Assembly: GCF_036321535.1 (NCBI RefSeq)
Contig: NC_087447.1
Span: 14,074,001 to 14,138,000 of the forward strand
Source of the DNA: Camelus dromedarius
Lineage: Eukaryota
Reading direction: 5' to 3'
DNA: 64,000 nt
A program made the translations under genes and the position numbers. The notes under the pieces were generated by a model, which was not told where the DNA came from, ran no database searches, and worked only from the letters and a program-made list of their open reading frames with translations. Numbering within the stretch: position 1 is the first letter of the stretch; the number at the start of each line of letters is the position of its first letter. Below are positions 12,230 to 24,100 of this stretch, in pieces.

Positions 12230-14640
12230 AGAGAAGGAGGGGTAAATGTGAAAAGTAGGGTAATGATGCTGATTTCATAAAAAGAAATGTAAAGTTGATA
12301 AATCAAGTAATAGAAGTATATAAATATATTTAAAGATATAAGTGTGAACATAATGGACACCATGTGTGAACACTTTGAAATACAAGAGTACAATTATGTG
12401 GAACCAGGCAGGCAGGAAGATGATGGAGATGAGGAAGGAAAACAAGTGAATATAAATTTACTTTTCAGCATTGCTAAGAGTAGGGAATCAATAGATACCG
12501 TCTAATCAAGAATAAGGTATTGTATACAAAGTTGTGGTCATCAAAATAGCCACTAGATCTACAACAGAAACCTCTCAAATATACCAACACACACCAAAAA
12601 GGAAATGGTTCATATGGTGAAAGTTTACTTTTGAGCTATCAACAAAAAGCTACTTTTAAAGTTGTAAACACTTCTTTAAAATGTTGTAAAAAAAAAAAAA
12701 AAAAACCTGTACAGTAAAATAACAAAACTATGGCCAAAAGTATTTGTCATATCAAGAAATGTAAATCAGCTAAATACATCTGTTAAAAGAAAATTTTCAT
12801 CATGAATTTGATCTGAGGTTGGTCAATCCCAGGGATGCAGACCCCACGGATACTGCAGGACAACTGTAGATTTTCAGGTTGAATCAAAACAAAACCCACC
12901 AAGTATATGGCATATACAACAGACACACCTAAAACAAGGAAACTAAGAAAGATGGAAAGTGAAAGGGCAGAGGAGCACTATGCAAATGCAAACAAAAGAA
13001 ATAAGGGGCCACAGTCTAAGCTCCAGATAAGATAGAATTCAAGGCCAAAAGCATTTAACAAGACACATTGTCTGAAAGTGTGCTGTACACAATGAAGCTC
13101 TAGTAGTTACAAATTCTCTATACCAAATAACATTGTATCAACATTTATAAAGAGAAAACTGGAAATGCAAGGAGAATTAGATACACATTAATATGGGAGC
13201 TTTTATTTCACCTTTCTTTGATCAAGCGGACAAAAATAAGTTAAAATACGCACACAACAGTAAAATCTGGGGGGGGGGGGAGTCCTTTGCAAATAAATGC
13301 TAATGGAATACATTAAAATCACTCATATATTAAGCCATAAAGCAAACAAATAAATTTATAAATAAAATCCCAAAAATCAAAAATAGAAAAGGCAACATTC
13401 TCTGAACAGAAAACAATAAAACTAGTAACCAATGTTATCTGGGAGGTAAAAAGAAAAAGTGCCACTGAGAAATCAAAAAAGTTCAAACAAATCTTAGGTC
13501 AAAGAAGAAATTGAAACCAAAATTGCTAACTATTGAAGAACATACTAGAATCTATGAGCTAAAACAGTGCTCAAAAGGAAAGTCATACTTCAGTGTTTAC
13601 AGTCATGAACACATCTATGGTAGGCAGAATTCTAATGGTCTCCCTCCCCCACCAAGATTCCCATCTTCTGGTTATTTAATCAAACACTAATCTAGGTCCT
13701 GTTACGAAAGGATTTTGCAGATGGAGTTACAGTTCCTAATCAGCTGACATTAAAATAGGGAGATTATTCTGGATTATCCAGGTAGGGGTGTAATCACATG
13801 AAATCGTATCGGCAGACGAGGAGACCAGAGACATCTGAAGCATGAGAAAGACCTGACCCACCACTGCCAGCTGTGAAGATGGACGAAGGGGGCCCTGAGT
13901 CAGGGAATGTTAACAGCCTCCAGAAACTGAGAAAAAACCCTGGCCAACAGCCAACAAGGAAATGGGAGCCTCAGTCCTATAACCACTGGAACTGGGCTTG
14001 AATTCTGACAACAACCTGAACAAGCCCAGAAGTAAGTTCTCTAGAAGCTTCTAGATAAGAGCTCAGTGGGCCAACACCTTGATTTCAGCCTTATGGAACC
14101 CAGAGTTGGAAATCATCCAAGGCTACTGGACTTCTGACCTGCAGAACTGTGAGATAATAAATTTGTATGGTTTTAATCCACCAAGTCTGTGGCAATTTAT
14201 AGCAGCAATAGGAAACTAATATAGCATCTAACTTAAGCTAGAAACAGAACAACTAAATAAAGGCAAGGAAGGCAGATGTAAGGAATTACCAAAGTTTGTA
14301 AGAGAAGATGATTAATTGGGGGACAAACAGAAAGGAGTCAATACGTCTGAGAGCTGGTCGAACTGTAACAAATCCTACGTAACCTGGCCAGGAGTCCAAA
14401 GTGTTTCTTCAGTTTCATGAGCCTCTCCCAGGCCAGTGGCCAAGGATGGGCAAAGTGATAAAGGACAAAATGCATGTTCTTAAACAAGAAGAGGTTCACA
14501 CAGAAAGTCCTAAGTAAGAGAACAGATGAGTATTTCAGTTGAGACGAAGGCAGTTTAAAAATACTCAGGAAGATAATGACAAATAGAGAAAAAATAAGCT
14601 ACCCCCAAAAAAGAAAGAAAGGAAAACATGAGGGCGCACT
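12230..14640 (+). mobile_element. Degenerate old L1 (ORF2 5' region) interrupted by an MLT1 LTR
   Basis: A-rich L1-like sequence (ccagataagatagaattcaaggccaaaagcattt...); boundaries approximate. Confidence 0.55.
13616..14223 (+). mobile_element. MaLR MLT1-type solo LTR
   Basis: Starts tatggtaggcagaattct and ends gcaataggaaactaatata; internal aataaa; 5-nt TSD acatc/gcatc. Confidence 0.85.
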
Positions 14641-14769
14641 GTGAGAGCTATCATCTGATCTATAGTTAGCTGAGGAACAGGAAGGAACTCGGAGGAAGAC
14701 TGAGCAGTCTAGACCTGGGAAGGCAACTGACACTCACTCCCTAGTAAATTCCAGAGGTTTCCCTGGAAT

Positions 14770-14885
14770 AATTATGCCAACAAATACTTATTGAGTACCT
14801 ACTATGTGCCTGGCACTGTTCTAGGCACTGAGAACACAGCAGTGAACACCAAAAAAGACAAAATACCTGCCTTCCTGGAGGTCAG
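14770..14885 (-). mobile_element. LINE-2 3' fragment
   Basis: caacaaatacttattgagtacctactatgtgcctggcactgttctaggcactgag. Confidence 0.75.
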
Positions 14886-15755
14886 TGGGTGGAGGGGTGG
14901 GGGGCAGAGGCAAATTTTAAAATTAATTATATAATTCTTTGGAAGGTGATAAAGGCTACAGGAAAAATAAAATGAAGAGAGGGAATAGGGAATGCCAGGT
15001 AGCTTCTGAAATTTATCACAATGAGCCAGTGAAGGAGGGCTTATTCACTCCAGCTTCAGCACAAAGAGGTTGAATGTCTCCCTCAAGGTTGTCAACTAGC
15101 AAGTGGCAGAATCAGATTTGGAAAATGGGTTGGGGGGAAGGTACAGGACCTTTGATCTTTCTCAGACTGCCTCCCAGCCCAGCAGTCTTTTAACCCGTAA
15201 ATCCACTCATCTTTCTCTAGGCTTCATTATTACTGACCTCTTGGCAGCTTTTCTTTTCCAGACCTTTTTCCTGACTTCAATGACACTGTGCTGTTCCAGC
15301 TCTGTTTCCTTTCCTAATTATTTCTGCCCCTTTTGACTTTTCTTATTCCTCTCACCACTTGAGCATGGGTCATCAAATACAACTCATGATCACCCATATT
15401 GAATGATATCAGGGAACACCATTCATTTAAATCACAGTCCTTGTGAATGGCACTCTCTGGAGTTGTGCAGTGCACAGCTCAGGCTGCTATACATAGCAGC
15501 CCTATACCTTTTACACTCTCTTATCTATGCCTCTGATTTCAGTTCCCTCTCTGAAGATTCTTCCCAAAATTTCATGGGCTGCTTCTGCCCTGCACCACTG
15601 GGCAACATGGTGGGGCAGCCTGCATCTCCCAACCACACAGCCTTGCAAGAGGTTCTGTACCTCTCAGTGCCCACAGACATCAGTGGGGCAGACACAGTGG
15701 ATATTTTGTTGGCACCACTAATGAACAAATCCATGACTAAAGAGTCTTCTTGCTG

Positions 15756-15967
15756 GGGGGAGGGGCAGGATGGGGTAGTGGATTAAGAGGTACACACTTT
15801 TATGTATAAAATAAATAAGCTACAGGGATATATTGTACAACACAGGGAATATAGCCAATATTTTACAATAACTATAAATGGAATATAAACTTCAAAAATT
15901 GTGAATCACTATGTTGTATACCTGTAACATATAATACTGTACATCAACTGTACATCCAAAAAAAAAA
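15756..15967 (+). mobile_element. L1 3' terminus with A-tail
   Basis: gtataaaataaataagctacagggatatattgtacaacacagggaatatagccaatatttt...aaaaaaaaa. Confidence 0.85.
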
Positions 15968-16938
15968 TCAGAAAGAGTCCCCTTGCTAAATGATTTCTAT
16001 GGGTTAGACATCAAACCTTTTCTGGTTAGACAGTGTTGTTAGACATCGTTTTGATGTCTATAAAATTTCTGAATTTAGTTAGAATCAACTTGTAAGTTGT
16101 AAGTTTCTTACAACTCTAAAAGCTACAATTTGATATTATATTTTTGTGTGTCAGGCTGGGTAGGCATATTCCTTCATTCCATCCTCACAACAACTGTATG
16201 AAATAGACATTACTATACTCATGTGTCTATGGTTCAGAGAGGTCGTGTAATCTGCCTAACGTCTCACACACACACAGTTAATAATTGGTAGAGGTGAAAT
16301 TTGGACTAGGGTCCACTGGACTTCAAAGCCCATGCTCCCTCCGGTTCTGTAAATTGCCTCTCAATAATTACCTAGCACTGTGCTGAGCAAAGGACAATAT
16401 TAATTAAAACTAATATTTGTATTTCAATATACAGTTTTTTAAAATCGCATCCTATGCACAGTTTCGCTTAATGCTCGGGAATAACCCTGAGTGGCAGGTA
16501 GCAGTGTTATCCTTAGATACAAAAACTGAAAATAGAAGAAGATAAAATGACTTCTGAATCATTTGGATACAAAGGAGAGCCAGAATCCAAATGCAAGTCT
16601 TTTCTATTCATTCTCTGTGTCAGGCTCTGCCCAAGGGTTTGATAATAGGACCTGTGTCCCTGGGCTGAAGGGGTGAGGACAATGCCTTTTTTTTTTTTTT
16701 TTTTTTTGCCTCTTTTTGCCTACCTGTAGCCTGGTTGGCACTGAAGTAAATGTTCATTTATGCAATAAATATTTATTGAGCACTTAGTATATGCCAGGCA
16801 CTGAAAACACAAGGAACAAAGGCTGTGCTGTCTCCTGAACTCACTGGGCTTACTTTCTGGTGGAAGAGACAAAAAGATAAATTGCACACAATTATAAGTG
16901 TTGCAGGACGATGTGGTAGGAAACAAAGGGGAGGTAAA

Positions 16939-17081
16939 TTTATTTTATTAAAAAAATTTTGTGTGTTGGGGGGAGGTTATTAGGCTTGCTAATTTATTTA
17001 CTAATGGAGGTACTGGGGATTGAACCCAGGGCCTACTGCATGCTAAACAGTCACTCTACCACTGAGCTGTACCCTACCCTC
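16939..17081 (-). mobile_element. tRNA-Ala-derived camelid SINE
   Basis: Perfect 13-nt TSD aaggggaggtaaa (16926-16938 / 17082-17094). Confidence 0.9.
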
Positions 17082-17379
17082 AAGGGGAGGTAAACTTAAA
17101 TAGAGGTCAGAAGAAGGCATTTCTGAGAAGTTAACAAGAACTGAATGAATGAGTGCATGTATAGCAACCCCCGATGGATTTATTATTCAGACTTATCTAC
17201 TTTTTGTTGACCATTAGATTGTTTCTGGTTCTGATACTGAATACCTTTTGTCTGTTACGTTGCTGATGCCAAAAGGCCTAGTGCAGAGGCGAAGAACCGC
17301 GAAGGATCTTTTTCAATTCTGTCTAATCCTCTGACCTTGCCTTTGCTGTCAGGGTCACTCCCTCATTGCCACGCCCATT

Positions 17380-18130
17380 CTTCACCGCGGGGCTGCTTCC
17401 GGCCTGCGCAAGCGCAGGAGAAACCGCCGTTCCTAGTGGAGGGCGCGGATCCCATCCACTAGACGCATGCGCCCCGGGTCCGTAAGCCCCGCGCCTCCCG
17501 CTGCGCCCGCTCGCGAGCGCCTGCCGTTTCTCGGGGCGGGGCGGTGGGCGGGGACTGGGCAGCGAGGCGCGAGCCGGTGCGTGGGTGCGCGCGCACCGCG
17601 GGCGGGCCAGTGAAGCCGGCGGCCCTGGCACGTGATCCCGGACCGGCTTGGTCGCTTGGTGGCTCCGTCCGTCTGTCCGTCCGCGGGTGCCATCATGGCG
17701 GACGCGGCCAGTCAGGTGCTCCTGGGCTCCGGTCTCACCATCCTGTCCCAGCCGCTCATGTACGTGAAGGTGCTCATCCAGGTATGAGTCGTCGCCATTC
17801 CCTACCCCGCCCGGCGCCCTGTTAGATCGCCGCTGCCCACGGCGCGTGAGGACCGGCTCCAACCTTCCCAGGCCCTCAGTCTCCCGAGATGCTGCTCCTT
17901 CTTTGCTGCCTGTCCCTTCCTTCCCCGCAGGGACAACTTCCACCGTCCGCGGAGCTTCCACTGCCCGTGGGCCTTCCAGAGTTTCGCTGGGAGGCCCTCT
18001 CCTTTCCCGTAGCCAACTGCCGCCCTGCCCTGCCGTGGCCGGTGGCTCCCCTGAACTTTGTTTTTCCTTTTCTGAGGTTGATCCTGGCCGGGCGCCACCA
18101 CGGACTTCCCAACCCTCCCCTCTCCGTCCC
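17380..18130. promoter_or_regulatory. MTCH2 CpG-island promoter
   Basis: Dense CpG and high GC. GC boxes (ggggcggggcgg, about 17533-17544), NRF1-like gacgcatgcgcc (17462-17473) and tgcgcgcgca (17586-17595), E-box cacgtga (17629-17635). Confidence 0.9.
17695..17781 (+). CDS. MTCH2: MTCH2 exon 1 (coding part)
   Basis: catcATGGCG...ATCCAG|gtatga; MADAASQVLLGSGLTILSQPLMYVKVLIQ. Confidence 0.97.
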
Positions 18131-21100
18131 TCTGGAATTATCATTCATCTCTCCTCCCGGGCCCCAAACGCAAGACAGGAAATCTGTTTGAACACAAATT
18201 TGAAATTAGAGGGGAGCCAACATTTTATGAGGTTTTCTTTTCTCCTTTTTTTCCCCCTACTGTTACTGCTGCTATTCTGTTCTGAGATTTTAGCACTAGA
18301 TACCCAGAGAAACACAAGGAGCTCATTCAGAAGTGATAATGAAGTGGTTGCTGAGTCAAATTTCGGAAGGATCCACCGAGCGCTTTCCAACAGCAGCCCA
18401 TGTGGCCCATGACAATGAAAATCACGTCTGTCAGAGCTGGAAATCAGTTCAGCTGAAAGACTTTTAGCGAGTTTAAGTATATATATTAGTTTCTAACCTA
18501 CTGTGAAATAATTCTTAAGTGGTATTTTATATTCACAGGCAAATGTGCCAGGTTTTAGCTAATGATCAACTATTAGATAGTACTTTCAGTTGTCTTTGTA
18601 AATTTCCCTGTGATGGGCATGTCATTCATTTTTTAAACTTAAGAGTTGACATAATTACATCATATGTTGTACCAAGGAAGGGAGCAGTTTCTAGAACCCC
18701 TATCCTCACCATCTACTTTTCTGTCAAAATATGCAGGACACTAGGGAGGTCCCCATTACTTCTTTTTGAGTTGATGATTCTAATCTGTCTTATGTGTTGT
18801 TGAGTTGACCCGTGTGGATTCAGAATCTGTATGTAAAAAGCTATTGAGAAATAAGTAATTTAGATTAAGGAAAAAATCTTTGAAATGTATTGTGACATCT
18901 AAAACAGTATTGACACATTTGTAGCTCAATAGTATCTGAGGTAACAGCATTTTGCAGTAAATCTGATATAAGCCCACTGTTCAGTACTTAAAGAGGCAAG
19001 GTTTTCTAGTGATATTCAGAGCTCTTGCCTCAAAAACTTAAATATCCTTAATCCTCATTACATAACATCCTTGTGTTGGCAAGTGTCTCGAGTTTTGGTG
19101 AAATTCCCAAATACTCAGTTTTTAAAAGAGTTGCATGGTAACACTTTCAGGGAGTTCAGCCAGGAGTTATTTAATTGAACAAGTTAAGAATCACAGCAGT
19201 AGAGTCAAAACCACTTCCAACAGTGTTCATTCTCTAAAGCATTCCTTTGGCACTAAAGAGTTTGAATATTACTGTAGAAATAAAATGATGGCATTAATTC
19301 TAAAATGGCCTTCATTAGGTTATTCATGACAGTCTGTCCCTTTAACATGCACTTGTAATTATTTCCCAAATGAATTATCCAGCTGTATCTGCATTTGCCT
19401 TTTAAGTGTCCTGCTAGCCAGATATGAAGTTGATGCTGGCTTAGTTTTCTCACTTTGTCCAGATATTTAAAATGTGCTAGATTTTTGAGCCTCCTCAGTA
19501 AACTGCAGCTTTCCTAACACAAAAGTTTCCTTATTCTATTTTCAGTTTGATATTAGTCCATCTCAGCTACATGGTTTGCATTGTAAAATTCGAACCAGAG
19601 GAAAACTTGGAGTTTATTGAAGCCAGTCTTAATCAAGTGACAAAATTAAAAAAAAAAACAAAAAAAACTGGCAAGGATGATCCTTCATCGCTGTTTTGGA
19701 ACTACACTGCATTTTAACTCATGTTAAAAATTTGGTTCCTTAAAAAAAAAAGATTTGGTTCCTTAGTGAAGACAGGTGTGTCCAGTGTTCTGCGATGGGT
19801 CCCGTGTCACTGTCTACATGATCTATTTGTGTGGTTACATAGCCCTTTATTTAAAAGAGAGAAGTTCCTTTTACGAAGTTATTAAATTATGTGTTTAAAA
19901 GCTAAGGGAAAAAATAATTTTGTTCTTTATTCAAGACCTTACAACCAAGGCATTTCTGAGACTGCTGCTTAGTATTGCTATATTCTCTTGTTTTTAAAGG
20001 TGGGATATGAGCCTCTTCCTCCAACAATAGGACGAAATATTTTTGGGCGGCAAGTATGTCAGCTTCCTGGTCTCTTTTGTTACGGTGAGTGTCTGATTTA
20101 TTTGGAGCTGGATGACACTGAGGACTGCGATAGGCAGGAGTTAACTGAAAGAAAATATATAGAAAGCATGTTTCCTTGAAATTTTTATGTAATCATTTCT
20201 TTCAACCAGAATGTGAACCTCTGACTTGTGTTCTTAGCTCAGCACATTGCGAGCATCGACGGGAAGCGTGGCTTGTTCACGGGCTTAACTCCAAGACTGT
20301 GCTCAGGGGTCCTTGGAACTGTGGTCCATGGTAAAGTTTTACAGGTAAGAAGAAAATCAATCCCTCTTCCCATAGATTGAGATTACCTATTATGCACAGT
20401 TTGTTCTACTGATCCTGAGCACTTTCAGAGACATATTTATAGCTATGGCCTTTCTTCCTCTTGAAAAAGATTTACTTGAAATACCCATTCTTAATTCTTT
20501 CCTGGGGAGCAGGGAGAATTTGTCCAAAGTGAAGTAATTTTATTTGAGCTACCCAATGTTCTTCGTCTGGACCAGTTCTGAGCAGAAATTATGTACACTT
20601 ATTTGAGCACCTGTATAGCTCATTTTCTTTCTTTGAAGGAGGATAGAAACTGGTTAAAACACCCATTTCTTCTTAAAGTTATTTTCCTCTTATGTCTAGT
20701 GTTTCTCCTAGTAAAATGTTTTCTGTTACAAACTTTTTTTTTTTTTTAATTTATCAAGATAAACTTAAAAGGTCAGGGTAGTCTGTCTTTGTGGGAAGAG
20801 GAAGAGGGACTGTGCATGGGGTAGGTTCTAAGGTAGTGGAAGTGATTTTCCTTCATCTGGATCATGGCTATATGGATATTTGCCATTTAATTATTTGTTA
20901 CCTTGTGCATTTGTATTTTGTGTGCTCTTTCTGTACATGTGTTGTATTGCATACATTTAGAAGTTTGGTTTTTTTTTAAGGGGGAAGAAATGAGGGGTGG
21001 AACTTAAGCTATATGTGTGGCGTTTTATTTTACAAAGGCAAGAAATCTTAAGCATAAAGGGCAAAATCTAACCTTGATGGCGGATGCATAGGTGAAATAT

Positions 21101-24100
21101 TTTCTTAATTCTTCTGTACGTTTGAGATGTTTCATAAAGTGTTTCTAAAAACATCAAAATTACATTTCTTTCTTAGTGATCTTTTTGTTTTGCCAGCTTC
21201 TTTTAACTTCAAATGCTAAAGCTTATAATTTTGATTGTACTGGTTTCTCATTTGCCAGTTACAATGTAGGTCAAACAGAATTGCCCTTTGCTATATTTAT
21301 AAATGTATTATGAATACAAATTCTGTACCATTTAGAACAGTCCATAGGAAGGTTGTTCAGCATGAATATGGTTGAGAATCTAAAACTAATGGGTTTTTTA
21401 GTTCATTATTCTGTCTTCTACTGGCACCAAGGGTATGTTATCTTCTGTGCTGTGGCTCTCAGAAATGTAGCAGTGTGTGCTAACCAAATCTGTATAATAC
21501 TTTCAACCTAATTAGATGAGCTAAATTCCAAATGTTTACTTACAAACTGTTTCTTTTCTTTTCTTTTCTTTCTTTCTTTTTTTTTTTTGCCATGGATTTT
21601 TTTTTTTTTTTATTTTAAGACTTAACTAACCCTAAGAGTGGGTCACATTTATTTTCAAAATTTTCAAATACGTTCAAAAATCCAACCGTTGGGGGAGAAT
21701 AATTTCTCAGTGTAAATGGAGAACATGTTGGGTCCAGGAAATTACTTGATGAAGCAAACTTTTGAGGAATGTCAGTGTATGTTTTCCAAAGAACGGGGAC
21801 CATTGGAAGTTTGGACCATAAAATGCCCCTGGGGTTCTTGAGAATGTTTGGATTCTGGTTGTGAAACAGCAGAACTATGGTGGAGCCAGCTGTTCTTATA
21901 TCATCAAGCACATCTTCACATTTCCACTGGACTCTTATTTATGAAGATGACGGGCCATGTGCTTTATCAATTTAAGCTGTTTTAAAGCTTCTGAAGTCTG
22001 CAGATTCAAAAAGTCTGCCAGAGTCTGGAGCCTTTTTGGAGGAAGATCTAGCTCAGGACATAGTTGTCCTAGAGGGGTAATTTGCTTCCTAGGATTCTTC
22101 ACATTCTCATAGGGCAACTGTGGAGTCTGGACTTCTGAGCCTACCCAACTTAACCTTCATCCTTCCTTGATAATCTGGTATTCCAGGAGATTCCTGTTGT
22201 CTCAAGCCTTTCTGAAGTGCCTCCTTTAGAATAGGGGCATGTGGATCCTCTTCTAAAAAGTCACGTGTGATCTTGACTTCAGTATAGTTTTGTTTGTTGT
22301 TTGCATTTTCCTTCCTTCCTTCCTCCCTCCCTCCCTCCCTTTCTCTCTTTCTCTCTCTCTCTTTCTTCGAACTGTTTATTTTCAGTAGTACTCAGATAAC
22401 CCTTCATGTACCTTTTAAGGCTTTAATGTTGTCCCAATTCTACTGTTTTATCATTTAATGAACAAATCATGATTTTGTTAAACAATTTCATGATCTAGTT
22501 GGCTTGGGTTTTAAACTGTCTTCAGACTTCATTGAATTGAATTGGAGAGGTTTTCTAGTCAGTTCCTCATGTGGAAGCTGCTTCACCCCTCAGTCCTTTT
22601 CTCATCCATTATGCTTACTCCGGTCGTCATGCCTGGGGCCGGAATGTAGAAGCACCATTTCAGGGGCCCCATGGGTCAGGGTGATGGAGTGTCAGTGGGC
22701 CCATGTGCTTGGTGGGTTGATTACTACTCTCTTTTTCGGTCACCCCGTGCTCTGGCTCAGTGGAAGAATAGCTGTTACCCAAGTGAGGTTTAAATTTTCA
22801 TGTGGAAAAAACAATTGTCATGTGATTCAAAGAGGTTTACATACAGACTTAGAACAAGAATGAAATTACTACTTAAGACCAAATTCCTTCATGTAAAGGA
22901 AAAGTACGACAAACTTGACATAACCAGGTATCTGGAATACGTGTTTCACACGCAGACAAATGAAATAGAACAGGGCATTGGTTCTACACTTAGTGTCACA
23001 AGCAGCTCATACAGTCAAGAGGAAAGTCCAGTTCAGGGCTGATGAAACTGTTAGCCTTTGTAGGAAAGAGTTCTGTATATCCAAACAAGAATTAAATTCA
23101 AATCTGTTCAGAATAATGTAAAAGAGACAGGTAGAAAATTTTATTAATGGAATGAAACCAAAGTCTAGAAATGAGTTAGAATTTTAAACACACCTGAAAC
23201 TGTTAGAATTAATTCTGGCCAAAGACCTGGAAGCTGACCAAAACCCATCATTTTACTTAATCATGATGTTTGTTCTCTTGCCTCTGATTTTTTTAAAAAA
23301 CATAATTCTTTTCACAAAAGACAGTGTTGTCTATTTTTAAAACCTGGTTATGGCTAGGAGGTCAGTTGTCTGGTTCTTGTATGTCACCTCGCCCATCTTC
23401 TATTTCTGAAATATCCCACAAATATTTCCTCTGCCAGTATGGTCTCAGCTCTGGTGGTATATTCATGCTCTCTTTTCTAATGTGTGGTTTAGAAACAGAG
23501 TCAGATACAAAAGGAAAAGCCAGGCAATTTCAGCTATTCAGACTTAGCACCAATTCTCTGTTCTTTGTACAGTGAAGAAAAGAGTCTTGCCCTAATTTGG
23601 TATTGGACTGGCTTTTCCCATGAAAAACCCTGAGGGTTTTTCCATAGCCTTAGTGCTAGGCTATGTTTTTACCAATTTATTTTCTGTTATGTGTGTATGT
23701 TTAGTAAATAATGTTCTTGGATTTTTGTTTTGTTTTCCTTTTTCTTCTTTTAGATGAGCGTATTTTAGGAGCTGAATAATCAATATGTTAAACTTAGCAA
23801 CAGGATTGTCTTAGAGATACTTATTTCCAGTTGATTAGTTAGAAATAGAAGTTAATTGGGGTTTTATAGCCAAAAAAAAAACCCAACTATTTTTAATTTC
23901 TGCCAATCAATAGAGTTTTCATTTTACATCCTGTCTCAGTAACACTGTGGTAGCCCTAATCATCCTTTCTTTTCTCTTCCTTTGTAGCATTACCAGGAAT
24001 GTGACAAGGTGGAGGTATGTTGGAACCAATTTGTACGCATGAGCTCATTTCCCCTGTGAGTTGTTGTTGCTCCTTGGTCCTCTTTAGGAGAAGGGACAAG

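Noticed and set aside
17323-18144. 273-aa antisense ORF and other overlapping ORFs across the MTCH2 promoter
   Set aside because: They lie in a CpG island where stop codons are scarce. The peptides are G/R/P/A-rich and low complexity, with no recognisable domain.
21615-22290. Assignment of the intronic retro-insert to RDM1, RPL7A, DDX20 or DBF4
   Set aside because: Only short peptide resemblances, with inconsistent spacing and no extended nucleotide match to the recalled sequences.
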